Assembly (NCBI GenBank): GCA_044892525.1
Contig: CM097886.1
Coordinates: 144,646,001 to 144,710,000, forward strand
Source: Schmidtea polychroa
Taxonomy: Eukaryota
Direction: 5' to 3'
DNA length: 64,000 nt
Part shown: positions 37,507-48,012 of the stretch, piece by piece
How positions within the stretch are numbered: the stretch's first letter is position 1
Layout of the letters: each line of letters starts with the position of its first letter
Translations under genes and position numbers: made by a program
Notes under the pieces: model-generated
Databases searched by the model: none
What the model was told of the DNA's origin: nothing
Seen by the model: only the letters and a program-made list of their open reading frames with translations

Positions 37507-40035
37507 TTGCATAATTCAATGGGATCAGAATCAACGTTATGCAATGATTTCAACAAATTTGTTAAAAATGGTAAGATTTCTTCCTTTTTAAATTTGTTAT
37601 TTAGAAAACTGGATGAAGAAAAATTCGAATCTGGAACTTCAAATGAAAAGGAAGAAAAGATTCGCTGTTTTGAAGACGATTTTATTACAAAACAAATGCA
37701 AGATCAGCTGAATGACATGAATAGCTCGATTTTAGAGCTTAAATGTAAGTTTACTGATTTAGTAAAAAGTTTTAATGATTTCAGTAAACACTTTTTATTA
37801 AATTCTATTAATCTTAAAGATAATTTTAATTCTAATGATAATTTAATAATTAATGATAATCTAATTAATAAAGATAATTTTAATTCTAAAGACAGTTTAA
37901 TAATTAATGATAATTTAATTAATAAAAATAATTTTAATTCTTCTAATAATAATGCAGGTGTGAATGGATCATATGCCGTTACCACGCCAAATAATTTAAA
38001 TAGTGAATTTAAAAATACTTCCAATATTAAAACTAAAAAGTCCTTTTCAGCTGTTGTTCAGACTGACTCTAATTATAATTTTAAAATGAATAAAGCTGCC
38101 ACGAATTTTGGCTTTTCCAATAATAAAATTAGTAATAATAATAGAATTCCTAATTGGAATTCTGTAAATAAAATAAATAAAAACTCTAATAACATTTTAA
38201 AATCTAAATTAAATCTATTAGGTAATAAAATTATTAATTGCTTCAATAATTCAAATTACATAGCAGCCCCCATATATATCAAACGATTCCTTCTTAATTT
38301 GTCTCCAGATATGAAGCGCACAGTCTTTCTTAATGACATTAATAAGAAGACTTCTGAGATAAATAAGATAATTCGTAGGTTGAAATCGGAAAATAGGTTG
38401 CCAAACTTCCTAGTAAATAGCGACATTAAATTTGAGAAAAACGAATTTTTAATTTAAAACTTATTCTCGAAATATGAAGCTCGGAATGAGGGGGGTAATG
38501 GGAAAAGACTTTTGACAAATGCTGAGCGTAAAGAGCTGATGACTAGTTTCCCTTCGTTGCAAGAGAAATCATTCACAGAAGCTGGTGAGAGTCTCGAAAA
38601 GTCAATTAATAAGGTTTTATCAAGAAAAGATCTCAGGCATCTCACATTTTCAAAGGGGCTTTTCTACACTGAGAATAGTGAAAGTGAATTTGATTTTTCA
38701 GTTGGGGCTTCGGATATAAATTTCAATTTAGGGCACGTTAATTTTCATAGGGTTTCTAAATCAAATAAAGATTTTCGGGATATATTAAAAATCTCAAGCC
38801 ACAATGAAAGAATAATAAATGTTATTTTTTTCTTGAATTGCCTCAAGTTAGAGGGAAAAATCTATTCTAATCCCAAAATTCCATACCATAGATTCGCCTC
38901 TAATTATATTTTGAATTGTGGTGTTCTCCACTCCTTAATATCCATAGATGAAATTAATAATTACAATCTGGACGAGGCACTTACCTGGGGTCCCAAAATC
39001 ATGGAAGGGATTGAAAGTGAATCGCACTATCATTTTTCCTGCGGCGAAATGCTTCTTGTGCTGAAGAAACATTGCCTTGAAATGGAATCTGACTCTCTAA
39101 ATAATGTTATTGACCCTGGCGTAATTTCAAGGGTAAATTCATTTTACCGATTCATTGAGAAGAATAGTGAGAACTTGTCTTCCCAACACAACTATATTAA
39201 TGTTGCAGAGACTTCTTGTAAATATTTTCGGTCCAGCAGACAGAATCGTCAGTTAACTCTCAGTGCAGTCTCTTTTGTTCTGAACATCTTGAGATTTAAG
39301 ACTGACCTTTTGTATGAAGGCATCCCAAAATGTTTTTACTCGAAATCAAGTAAGAAAATTTGTCCGAAAGATTTGGGTTCCGTTATTATCGAATTGTTTG
39401 ATCATCTTACAGCTGCTCTTTTAAAAGCATTTAATGATGAAATACCAAAATTTGCCTTGCCACTCAAATCTAAACCGGAACAGAAATCTGAATTCAATGA
39501 AATGCCAAGTGTGGTAAATTCAGTGGTAACAGCTGCAGATCCACCTTGCATTAACACTATAATAATGGTTCCTAACACATTGGTACTCACATCAGGAGCT
39601 GAATGTACTGATGAAGACTCTGGATATAAGAGCAATCTTGGAGCGTTTACACCAAAACCGATCTTGTCTCCAGCAAAACATGTAAAAGTTGATGCCCCTA
39701 TGCCTGAATTTAGGGAAATAATAGCGTCAATAGAAGCTCAAAACTCTGAAGTTGATACACCAGATGGTATTGGTAACGAAATTGATGCGAAGTCGCCATT
39801 CTACAAAACGCGTACTTATAGCAAAAATAAGGATATATTGAGGAGGAGTCCTATAGAAAATAACTCTCAGTCACTGTCATCGGTCCTAATTGATAAGTAT
39901 GGACCCCACGATAAGGTTTATTGGTTTACTGATCTTGACATCACCTGTTATCTTGAGTGGAAAATAAATGGAGAAAACCACTTTGCACTTAACGCTGGTA
40001 TTGTGAATGCTAATGCCATCAAAGTAACTGATTAG
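37507..40035 (+). pseudogene. Element ORF copy 11, nonsense mutation
   Basis: AAA>TAA at 38455-38457. Confidence 0.8.
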
Positions 40036-40464
40036 AAGCCACCACTACTTGACAAGCTTGTCAAATGTGACACAATATTATGCCCACTAAACATTAAAAA
40101 TCAACATTGGGTTTTATTTGTGTACACAAAATCTACTGAGGAAGCCTTCATTATGGATCCACTTCCTATACCTTTCGAACCTGAAGAGACTGCGCAGAGA
40201 GCTTTTGCAATAAATGACTGCTTTAACGACATGTTTAAAATTAATACCAAAATCATTCCGAATAAATACCCTAATGCCAAAAAACAGGCAAATAATAATG
40301 ATTGCGGCCCTATAATATGTGGGTATGCCAAGAAAATTAGTTTCAACAAAACTGATTTGAATAAAGTCATGCCTCATCAAATTCGTAAAGAAACACATCA
40401 TCATAGATATACCATCAAATTCCACGAGGACACTGATGACGCTATTGATATTCCAACTTATTGA
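40036..40464 (+). CDS. Ulp1-like protease segment copy 11 (upstream ORF has nonsense)
   Basis: As copy 1. Confidence 0.7.
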   Translation, partial: KPPLLDKLVKCDTILCPLNIKNQHWVLFVYTKSTEEAFIMDPLPIPFEPEETAQRAFAINDCFNDMFKINTKIIPNKYPNAKKQANNNDCGPIICGYAKKISFNKTDLNKVMPHQIRKETHHHRYTIKFHEDTDDAIDIPTY

Positions 40465-40920
40465 CTCGTTGGTCGGAGGCCTGCTTCTTCTTTTAATACA
40501 TTCAATTTCTTTTCAGTCTATTTTAAAGAATATGAAAATGCACTTGTTTTAGATGAAGTGGTAAGCGACAACCTGATTGCTGATCTTTCTCGACCCTTTA
40601 TCACTTTTTTCTCCATTCGCTGTTGATTTCCACAGAACTTATATATCAATTTTATCAACATCATTATTATTCTTGCTTAAACTACTGTCAAATTGATTAG
40701 TAAAATAAATTTAAACACTAAGCACTCGGCGAATTGATCAACTTTCCTTATGTCTCTCTCAAGAATTCAATTTCAAAAATTTCATTTCATAACATGACCA
40801 CAAAAAATCTCATGAGAAACTTCTCATTCGACTTCAAAACCACTTTATCAATGCAAATCACTTGAAACCCAATTTTCAAACGTTCTCCCCCATTTATAAA
40901 ACATAGAAACTATATCTAAT

Positions 40921-40972
40921 GTGTTGCTTCGGCTTCACATATATTAAAATTGGAACCATACAGAGAAGATTA
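40921..40972 (+). pseudogene. U6: U6 5' fragment (nt 1-52), G37C variant
   Basis: Same junction; GGAACCATAC. Confidence 0.95.
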
Positions 40973-41008
40973 CGTAATTAACTTTTTTTAGGAAAATACA
41001 CACGGATA

Positions 41009-43537
41009 TTGCATAATTCAATGGGATCAGAATCAACGTTATGCAATGATTTCAACAAATTTGTTAAAAATGGTAAGATTTCTTCCTTTTTAAATTTGTT
41101 ATTTAGAAAACTGGATGAAGAAAAATTCGAATCTGGAACTTCAAATGAAAAGGAAGAAAAGATTCGCTGTTTTGAAGACGATTTTATTACAAAACAAATG
41201 CAAGATCAGCTGAATGACATGAATAGCTCGATTTTAGAGCTTAAATGTAAGTTTACTGATTTAGTAAAAAGTTTTAATGATTTCAGTAAACACTTTTTAT
41301 TAAATTCTATTAATCTTAAAGATAATTTTAATTCTAATGATAATTTAATAATTAATGATAATCTAATTAATAAAGATAATTTTAATTCTAAAGACAGTTT
41401 AATAATTAATGATAATTTAATTAATAAAAATAATTTTAATTCTTCTAATAATAATGCAGGTGTGAATGGATCATATGCCGTTACCACGCCAAATAATTTA
41501 AATAGTGAATTTAAAAATACTTCCAATATTAAAACTAAAAAGTCCTTTTCAGCTGTTGTTCAGACTGACTCTAATTATAATTTTAAAATGAATAAAGCTG
41601 CCACGAATTTTGGCTTTTCCAATAATAAAATTAGTAATAATAATAGAATTCCTAATTGGAATTCTGTAAATAAAATAAATAAAAACTCTAATAACATTTT
41701 AAAATCTAAATTAAATCTATTAGGTAATAAAATTATTAATTGCTTCAATAATTCAAATTACATAGCAGCCCCCATATATATCAAACGATTCCTTCTTAAT
41801 TTGTCTCCAGATATGAAGCGCACAGTCTTTCTTAATGACATTAATAAGAAGACTTCTGAGATAAATAAGATAATTCGTAGGTTGAAATCGGAAAATAGGT
41901 TGCCAAACTTCCTAGTAAATAGCGACATTAAATTTGAGAAAAACGAATTTTTAATTAAAAACTTATTCTCGAAATATGAAGCTCGGAATGAGGGGGGTAA
42001 TGGGAAAAGACTTTTGACAAATGCTGAGCGTAAAGAGCTGATGACTAGTTTCCCTTCGTTGCAAGAGAAATCATTCACAGAAGCTGGTGAGAGTCTCGAA
42101 AAGTCAATTAATAAGGTTTTATCAAGAAAAGATCTCAGGCATCTCACATTTTCAAAGGGGCTTTTCTACACTGAGAATAGTGAAAGTGAATTTGATTTTT
42201 CAGTTGGGGCTTCGGATATAAATTTCAATTTAGGGCACGTTAATTTTCATAGGGTTTCTAAATCAAATAAAGATTTTCGGGATATATTAAAAATCTCAAG
42301 CCACAATGAAAGAATAATAAATGTTATTTTTTTCTTGAATTGCCTCAAGTTAGAGGGAAAAATCTATTCTAATCCCAAAATTCCATACCATAGATTCGCC
42401 TCTAATTATATTTTGAATTGTGGTGTTCTCCACTCCTTAATATCCATAGATGAAATTAATAATTACAATCTGGACGAGGCACTTACCTGGGGTCCCAAAA
42501 TCATGGAAGGGATTGAAAGTGAATCGCACTATCATTTTTCCTGCGGCGAAATGCTTCTTGTGCTGAAGAAACATTGCCTTGAAATGGAATCTGACTCTCT
42601 AAATAATGTTATTGACCCTGGCGTAATTTCAAGGGTAAATTCATTTTACCGATTCATTGAGAAGAATAGTGAGAACTTGTCTTCCCAACACAACTATATT
42701 AATGTTGCAGAGACTTCTTGTAAATATTTTCGGTCCAGCAGACAGAATCGTCAGTTAACTCTCAGTGCAGTCTCTTTTGTTCTGAACATCTTGAGATTTA
42801 AGACTGACCTTTTGTATGAAGGCATCCCAAAATGTTTTTACTCGAAATCAAGTAAGAAAATTTGTCCGAAAGATTTGGGTTCCGTTATTATCGAATTGTT
42901 TGATCATCTTACAGCTGCTCTTTTAAAAGCATTTAATGATGAAATACCAAAATTTGCCTTGCCACTCAAATCTAAACCGGAACAGAAATCTGAATTCAAT
43001 GAAATGCCAAGTGTGGTAAATTCAGTGGTAACAGCTGCAGATCCACCTTGCATTAACACTATAATAATGGTTCCTAACACATTGGTACTCACATCAGGAG
43101 CTGAATGTACTGATGAAGACTCTGGATATAAGAGCAATCTTGGAGCGTTTACACCAAAACCGATCTTGTCTCCAGCAAAACATGTAAAAGTTGATGCCCC
43201 TCTGCCTGAATTTAAGGAAATAATAGCGTCAATAGAAGCTCAAAACTCTGAAGTTGATACACCAGATGGTATTGGTAACGAAATTGATGCGAAGTCGCCA
43301 TTCTACAAAACGCGTACTTATAGCAAAAATAAGGATATATTGAGGAGGAGTCCTATAGAAAATAACTCTCAGTCACTGTCATCGGTCCTAATTGATAAGT
43401 ATGGACCCCACGATAAGGTTTATTGGTTTACTGATCTTGACATCACCTGTTATCTTGAGTGGAAAATAAATGGAGAAAACCACTTTGCACTTAACGCTGG
43501 TATTGTGAATGCTAATGCCATCAAAGTAACTGATTAG
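41009..43537 (+). CDS. Element ORF copy 12
   Basis: Intact, right-hand haplotype plus M>L and R>K. Confidence 0.8.
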   Translation: MHNSMGSESTLCNDFNKFVKNGKISSFLNLLFRKLDEEKFESGTSNEKEEKIRCFEDDFITKQMQDQLNDMNSSILELKCKFTDLVKSFNDFSKHFLLNSINLKDNFNSNDNLIINDNLINKDNFNSKDSLIINDNLINKNNFNSSNNNAGVNGSYAVTTPNNLNSEFKNTSNIKTKKSFSAVVQTDSNYNFKMNKAATNFGFSNNKISNNNRIPNWNSVNKINKNSNNILKSKLNLLGNKIINCFNNSNYIAAPIYIKRFLLNLSPDMKRTVFLNDINKKTSEINKIIRRLKSENRLPNFLVNSDIKFEKNEFLIKNLFSKYEARNEGGNGKRLLTNAERKELMTSFPSLQEKSFTEAGESLEKSINKVLSRKDLRHLTFSKGLFYTENSESEFDFSVGASDINFNLGHVNFHRVSKSNKDFRDILKISSHNERIINVIFFLNCLKLEGKIYSNPKIPYHRFASNYILNCGVLHSLISIDEINNYNLDEALTWGPKIMEGIESESHYHFSCGEMLLVLKKHCLEMESDSLNNVIDPGVISRVNSFYRFIEKNSENLSSQHNYINVAETSCKYFRSSRQNRQLTLSAVSFVLNILRFKTDLLYEGIPKCFYSKSSKKICPKDLGSVIIELFDHLTAALLKAFNDEIPKFALPLKSKPEQKSEFNEMPSVVNSVVTAADPPCINTIIMVPNTLVLTSGAECTDEDSGYKSNLGAFTPKPILSPAKHVKVDAPLPEFKEIIASIEAQNSEVDTPDGIGNEIDAKSPFYKTRTYSKNKDILRRSPIENNSQSLSSVLIDKYGPHDKVYWFTDLDITCYLEWKINGENHFALNAGIVNANAIKVTD

Positions 43538-43966
43538 AAGCCACCACTACTTGACAAGCTTGTCAAATGTGACACAATATTATGCCCACTAAACATTAAA
43601 AATCAACATTGGGTTTTATTTGTGTACACAAAATCTACTGAGGAAGCCTTCATTATGGATCCACTTCCTATACCTTTCGAACCTGAAGAGACTGCGCAGA
43701 GAGCTTTTGCAATAAATGACTGCTTTAACGACATGTTTAAAATTAATACCAAAATCATTCCGAATAAATACCCTAATGCCAAAAAACAGGCAAATAATAA
43801 TGATTGCGGCCCTATAATATGTGGGTATGCCAAGAAAATTAGTTTCAACAAAACTGATTTGAATAAAGTCATGCCTCATCAAATTCGTAAAGAAACACAT
43901 CATCATAGATATACCATCAAATTCCACGAGGACACTGATGACGCTATTGATATTCCAACTTATTGA
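43538..43966 (+). CDS. Ulp1-like protease segment copy 12
   Basis: As copy 1. Confidence 0.85.
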   Translation, partial: KPPLLDKLVKCDTILCPLNIKNQHWVLFVYTKSTEEAFIMDPLPIPFEPEETAQRAFAINDCFNDMFKINTKIIPNKYPNAKKQANNNDCGPIICGYAKKISFNKTDLNKVMPHQIRKETHHHRYTIKFHEDTDDAIDIPTY

Positions 43967-44422
43967 CTCGTTGGTCGGAGGCCTGCTTCTTCTTTTAATA
44001 CATTCAATTTCTTTTCAGTCTATTTTAAAGAATATGAAAATGCACTTGTTTTAGATGAAGTGGTAAGCGACAACCTGATTGCTGATCTTTCTCGACCCTT
44101 TATCACTTTTTTCTCCATTCGCTGTTGATTTCCACAGAACTTATATATCAATTTTATCAACATCATTATTATTCTTGCTTAAACTACTGTCAAATTGATT
44201 AGTAAAATAAATTTAAACACTAAGCACTCGGCGAATTGATCAACTTTCCTTATGTCTCTCTCAAGAATTCAATTTCAAAAATTTCATTTCATAACATGAC
44301 CACAAAAAATCTCATGAGAAACTTCTCATTCGACTTCAAAACCACTTTATCAATGCAAATCACTTGAAACCCAATCTTCAAACGTTCTCCCCCATTTATA
44401 AAACATAGAAACTATATCTAAT

Positions 44423-44474
44423 GTGTTGCTTCGGCTTCACATATATTAAAATTGGAACCATACAGAGAAGATTA
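44423..44474 (+). pseudogene. U6: U6 5' fragment (nt 1-52), G37C variant
   Basis: Same junction; GGAACCATAC. Confidence 0.95.
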
Positions 44475-44510
44475 CGTAATTAACTTTTTTTAGGAAAATA
44501 CACACGGATA

Positions 44511-47039
44511 TTGCATAATTCAATGGGATCAGAATCAACGTTATGCAATGATTTCAACAAATTTGTTAAAAATGGTAAGATTTCTTCCTTTTTAAATTTG
44601 TTATTTAGAAAACTGGATGAAGAAAAATTCGAATCTGGAACTTCAAATGAAAAGGAAGAAAAGATTCGCTGTTTTGAAGACGATTTTATTACAAAACAAA
44701 TGCAAGATCAGCTGAATGACATGAATAGCTCGATTTTAGAGCTTAAATGTAAGTTTACTGATTTAGTAAAAAGTTTTAATGATTTCAGTAAACACTTTTT
44801 ATTAAATTCTATTAATCTTAAAGATAATTTTAATTCTAATGATAATTTAATAATTAATGATAATCTAATTAATAAAGATAATTTTAATTCTAAAGACAGT
44901 TTAATAATTAATGATAATTTAATTAATAAAAATAATTTTAATTCTTCTAATAATAATGCAGGTGTGAATGGATCATATGCCGTTACCACGCCAAATAATT
45001 TAAATAGTGAATTTAAAAATACTTCCAATATTAAAACTAAAAAGTCCTTTTCAGCTGTTGTTCAGACTGACTCTAATTATAATTTTAAAATGAATAAAGC
45101 TGCCACGAATTTTGGCTTTTCCAATAATAAAATTAGTAATAATAATAGAATTCCTAATTGGAATTCTGTAAATAAAATAAATAAAAACTCTAATAACATT
45201 TTAAAATCTAAATTAAATCTATTAGGTAATAAAATTATTAATTGCTTCAATAATTCAAATTACATAGCAGCCCCCATATATATCAAACGATTCCTTCTTA
45301 ATTTGTCTCCAGATATGAAGCGCACAGTCTTTCTTAATGACATTAATAAGAAGACTTCTGAGATAAATAAGATAATTCGTAGGTTGAAATCGGAAAATAG
45401 GTTGCCAAACTTCCTAGTAAATAGCGACATTAAATTTGAGAAAAACGAATTTTTAATTAAAAACTTATTCTCGAAATATGAAGCTCGGAATGAGGGGGGT
45501 AATGGGAAAAGACTTTTGACAAATGCTGAGCGTAAAGAGCTGATGACTAGTTTCCCTTCGTTGCAAGAGAAATCATTCACAGAAGCTGGTGAGAGTCTCG
45601 AAAAGTCAATTAATAAGGTTTTATCAAGAAAAGATCTCAGGCATCTCACATTTTCAAAGGGGCTTTTCTACACTGAGAATAGTGAAAGTGAATTTGATTT
45701 TTCAGTTGGGGCTTCGGATATAAATTTCAATTTAGGGCACGTTAATTTTCATAGGGTTTCTAAATCAAATAAAGATTTTCGGGATATATTAAAAATCTCA
45801 AGCCACAATGAAAGAATAATAAATGTTATTTTTTTCTTGAATTGCCTCAAGTTAGAGGGAAAAATCTATTCTAATCCCAAAATTCCATACCATAGATTCG
45901 CCTCTAATTATATTTTGAATTGTGGTGTTCTCCACTCCTTAATATCCATAGATGAAATTAATAATTACAATCTGGACGAGGCACTTACCTGGGGTCCCAA
46001 AATCATGGAAGGGATTGAAAGTGAATCGCACTATCATTTTTCCTGCGGCGAAATGCTTCTTGTGCTGAAGAAACATTGCCTTGAAATGGAATCTGACTCT
46101 CTAAATAATGTTATTGACCCTGGCGTAATTTCAAGGGTAAATTCATTTTACCGATTCATTGAGAAGAATAGTGAGAACTTGTCTTCCCAACACAACTATA
46201 TTAATGTTGCAGAGACTTCTTGTAAATATTTTCGGTCCAGCAGACAGAATCGTCAGTTAACTCTCAGTGCAGTCTCTTTTGTTCTGAACATCTTGAGATT
46301 TAAGACTGACCTTTTGTATGAAGGCATCCCAAAATGTTTTTACTCGAAATCAAGTAAGAAAATTTGTCCGAAAGATTTGGGTTCCGTTATTATCGAATTG
46401 TTTGATCATCTTACAGCTGCTCTTTTAAAAGCATTTAATGATGAAATACCAAAATTTGCCTTGCCACTCAAATCTAAACCGGAACAGAAATCTGAATTCA
46501 ATGAAATGCCAAGTGTGGTAAATTCAGTGGTAACAGCTGCAGATCCACCTTGCATTAACACTATAATAATGGTTCCTAACACATTGGTACTCACATCAGG
46601 AGCTGAATGTACTGATGAAGACTCTGGATATAAGAGCAATCTTGGAGCGTTTACACCAAAACCGATCTTGTCTCCAGCAAAACATGTAAAAGTTGATGCC
46701 CCTATGCCTGAATTTAGGGAAATAATAGCGTCAATAGAAGCTCAAAACTCTGAAGTTGATACACCAGATGGTATTGGTAACGAAATTGATGCGAAGTCGC
46801 CATTCTACAAAACGCGTACTTATAGCAAAAATAAAGATATATTGAGGAGGAGTCCTATAGAAAATAACTCTCAGTCACTGTCATCGGTCCTAATTGATAA
46901 GTATGGACCCCACGATAAGGTTTATTGGTTTACTGATCTTGACATCACCTGTTATCTTGAGTGGAAAATAAATGGAGAAAACCACTTTGCACTTAACGCT
47001 GGTATTGTGAATGCTAATGCCATCAAAGTAACTGATTAG
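44511..47039 (+). CDS. Element ORF copy 13
   Basis: Intact, S239G/Y412N/S838I. Confidence 0.8.
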   Translation: MHNSMGSESTLCNDFNKFVKNGKISSFLNLLFRKLDEEKFESGTSNEKEEKIRCFEDDFITKQMQDQLNDMNSSILELKCKFTDLVKSFNDFSKHFLLNSINLKDNFNSNDNLIINDNLINKDNFNSKDSLIINDNLINKNNFNSSNNNAGVNGSYAVTTPNNLNSEFKNTSNIKTKKSFSAVVQTDSNYNFKMNKAATNFGFSNNKISNNNRIPNWNSVNKINKNSNNILKSKLNLLGNKIINCFNNSNYIAAPIYIKRFLLNLSPDMKRTVFLNDINKKTSEINKIIRRLKSENRLPNFLVNSDIKFEKNEFLIKNLFSKYEARNEGGNGKRLLTNAERKELMTSFPSLQEKSFTEAGESLEKSINKVLSRKDLRHLTFSKGLFYTENSESEFDFSVGASDINFNLGHVNFHRVSKSNKDFRDILKISSHNERIINVIFFLNCLKLEGKIYSNPKIPYHRFASNYILNCGVLHSLISIDEINNYNLDEALTWGPKIMEGIESESHYHFSCGEMLLVLKKHCLEMESDSLNNVIDPGVISRVNSFYRFIEKNSENLSSQHNYINVAETSCKYFRSSRQNRQLTLSAVSFVLNILRFKTDLLYEGIPKCFYSKSSKKICPKDLGSVIIELFDHLTAALLKAFNDEIPKFALPLKSKPEQKSEFNEMPSVVNSVVTAADPPCINTIIMVPNTLVLTSGAECTDEDSGYKSNLGAFTPKPILSPAKHVKVDAPMPEFREIIASIEAQNSEVDTPDGIGNEIDAKSPFYKTRTYSKNKDILRRSPIENNSQSLSSVLIDKYGPHDKVYWFTDLDITCYLEWKINGENHFALNAGIVNANAIKVTD

Positions 47040-47468
47040 AAGCCACCACTACTTGACAAGCTTGTCAAATGTGACACAATATTATGCCCACTAAACATTA
47101 AAAATCAACATTGGGTTTTATTTGTGTACACAAAATCTACTGAGGAAGCCTTCATTATGGATCCACTTCCTATACCTTTCGAACCTGAAGAGACTGCGCA
47201 GAGAGCTTTTGCAATAAATGACTGCTTTAACGACATGTTTAAAATTAATACCAAAATCATTCCGAATAAATACCCTAATGCCAAAAAACAGGCAAATAAT
47301 AATGATTGCGGCCCTATAATATGTGGGTATGCCAAGAAAATTAGTTTCAACAAAACTGATTTGAATAAAGTCATGCCTCATCAAATTCGTAAAGAAACAC
47401 ATCATCATAGATATACCATCAAATTCCACGAGGACACTGATGACGCTATTGATATTCCAACTTATTGA
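47040..47468 (+). CDS. Ulp1-like protease segment copy 13
   Basis: As copy 1. Confidence 0.85.
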   Translation, partial: KPPLLDKLVKCDTILCPLNIKNQHWVLFVYTKSTEEAFIMDPLPIPFEPEETAQRAFAINDCFNDMFKINTKIIPNKYPNAKKQANNNDCGPIICGYAKKISFNKTDLNKVMPHQIRKETHHHRYTIKFHEDTDDAIDIPTY

Positions 47469-47924
47469 CTCGTTGGTCGGAGGCCTGCTTCTTCTTTTAA
47501 TACATTCAATTTCTTTTCAGTCTATTTTAAAGAATATGAAAATGCACTTGTTTTAGATGAAGTGGTAAGCGACAACCTGATTGCTGATCTTTCTCGACCC
47601 TTTATCACTTTTTTCTCCATTCGCTGTTGATTTCCACAGAACTTATATATCAATTTTATCAACATCATTATTATTCTTGCTTAAACTACTGTCAAATTGA
47701 TTAGTAAAATAAATTTAAACACTAAGCACTCGGCGAATTGATCAACTTTCCTTATGTCTCTCTCAAGAATTCAATTTCAAAAATTTCATTTCATAACATG
47801 ACCACAAAAAATCTCATGAGAAACTTCTCATTCGACTTCAAAACCACTTTATCAATGCAAATCACTTGAAACCCAATCTTCAAACGTTCTCCCCCATTTA
47901 TAAAACATAGAAACTATATCTAAT

Positions 47925-47976
47925 GTGTTGCTTCGGCTTCACATATATTAAAATTGGAACCATACAGAGAAGATTA
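47925..47976 (+). pseudogene. U6: U6 5' fragment (nt 1-52), G37C variant
   Basis: Same junction; GGAACCATAC. Confidence 0.95.
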
Positions 47977-48012
47977 CGTAATTAACTTTTTTTAGGAAAA
48001 TACACACGGATA

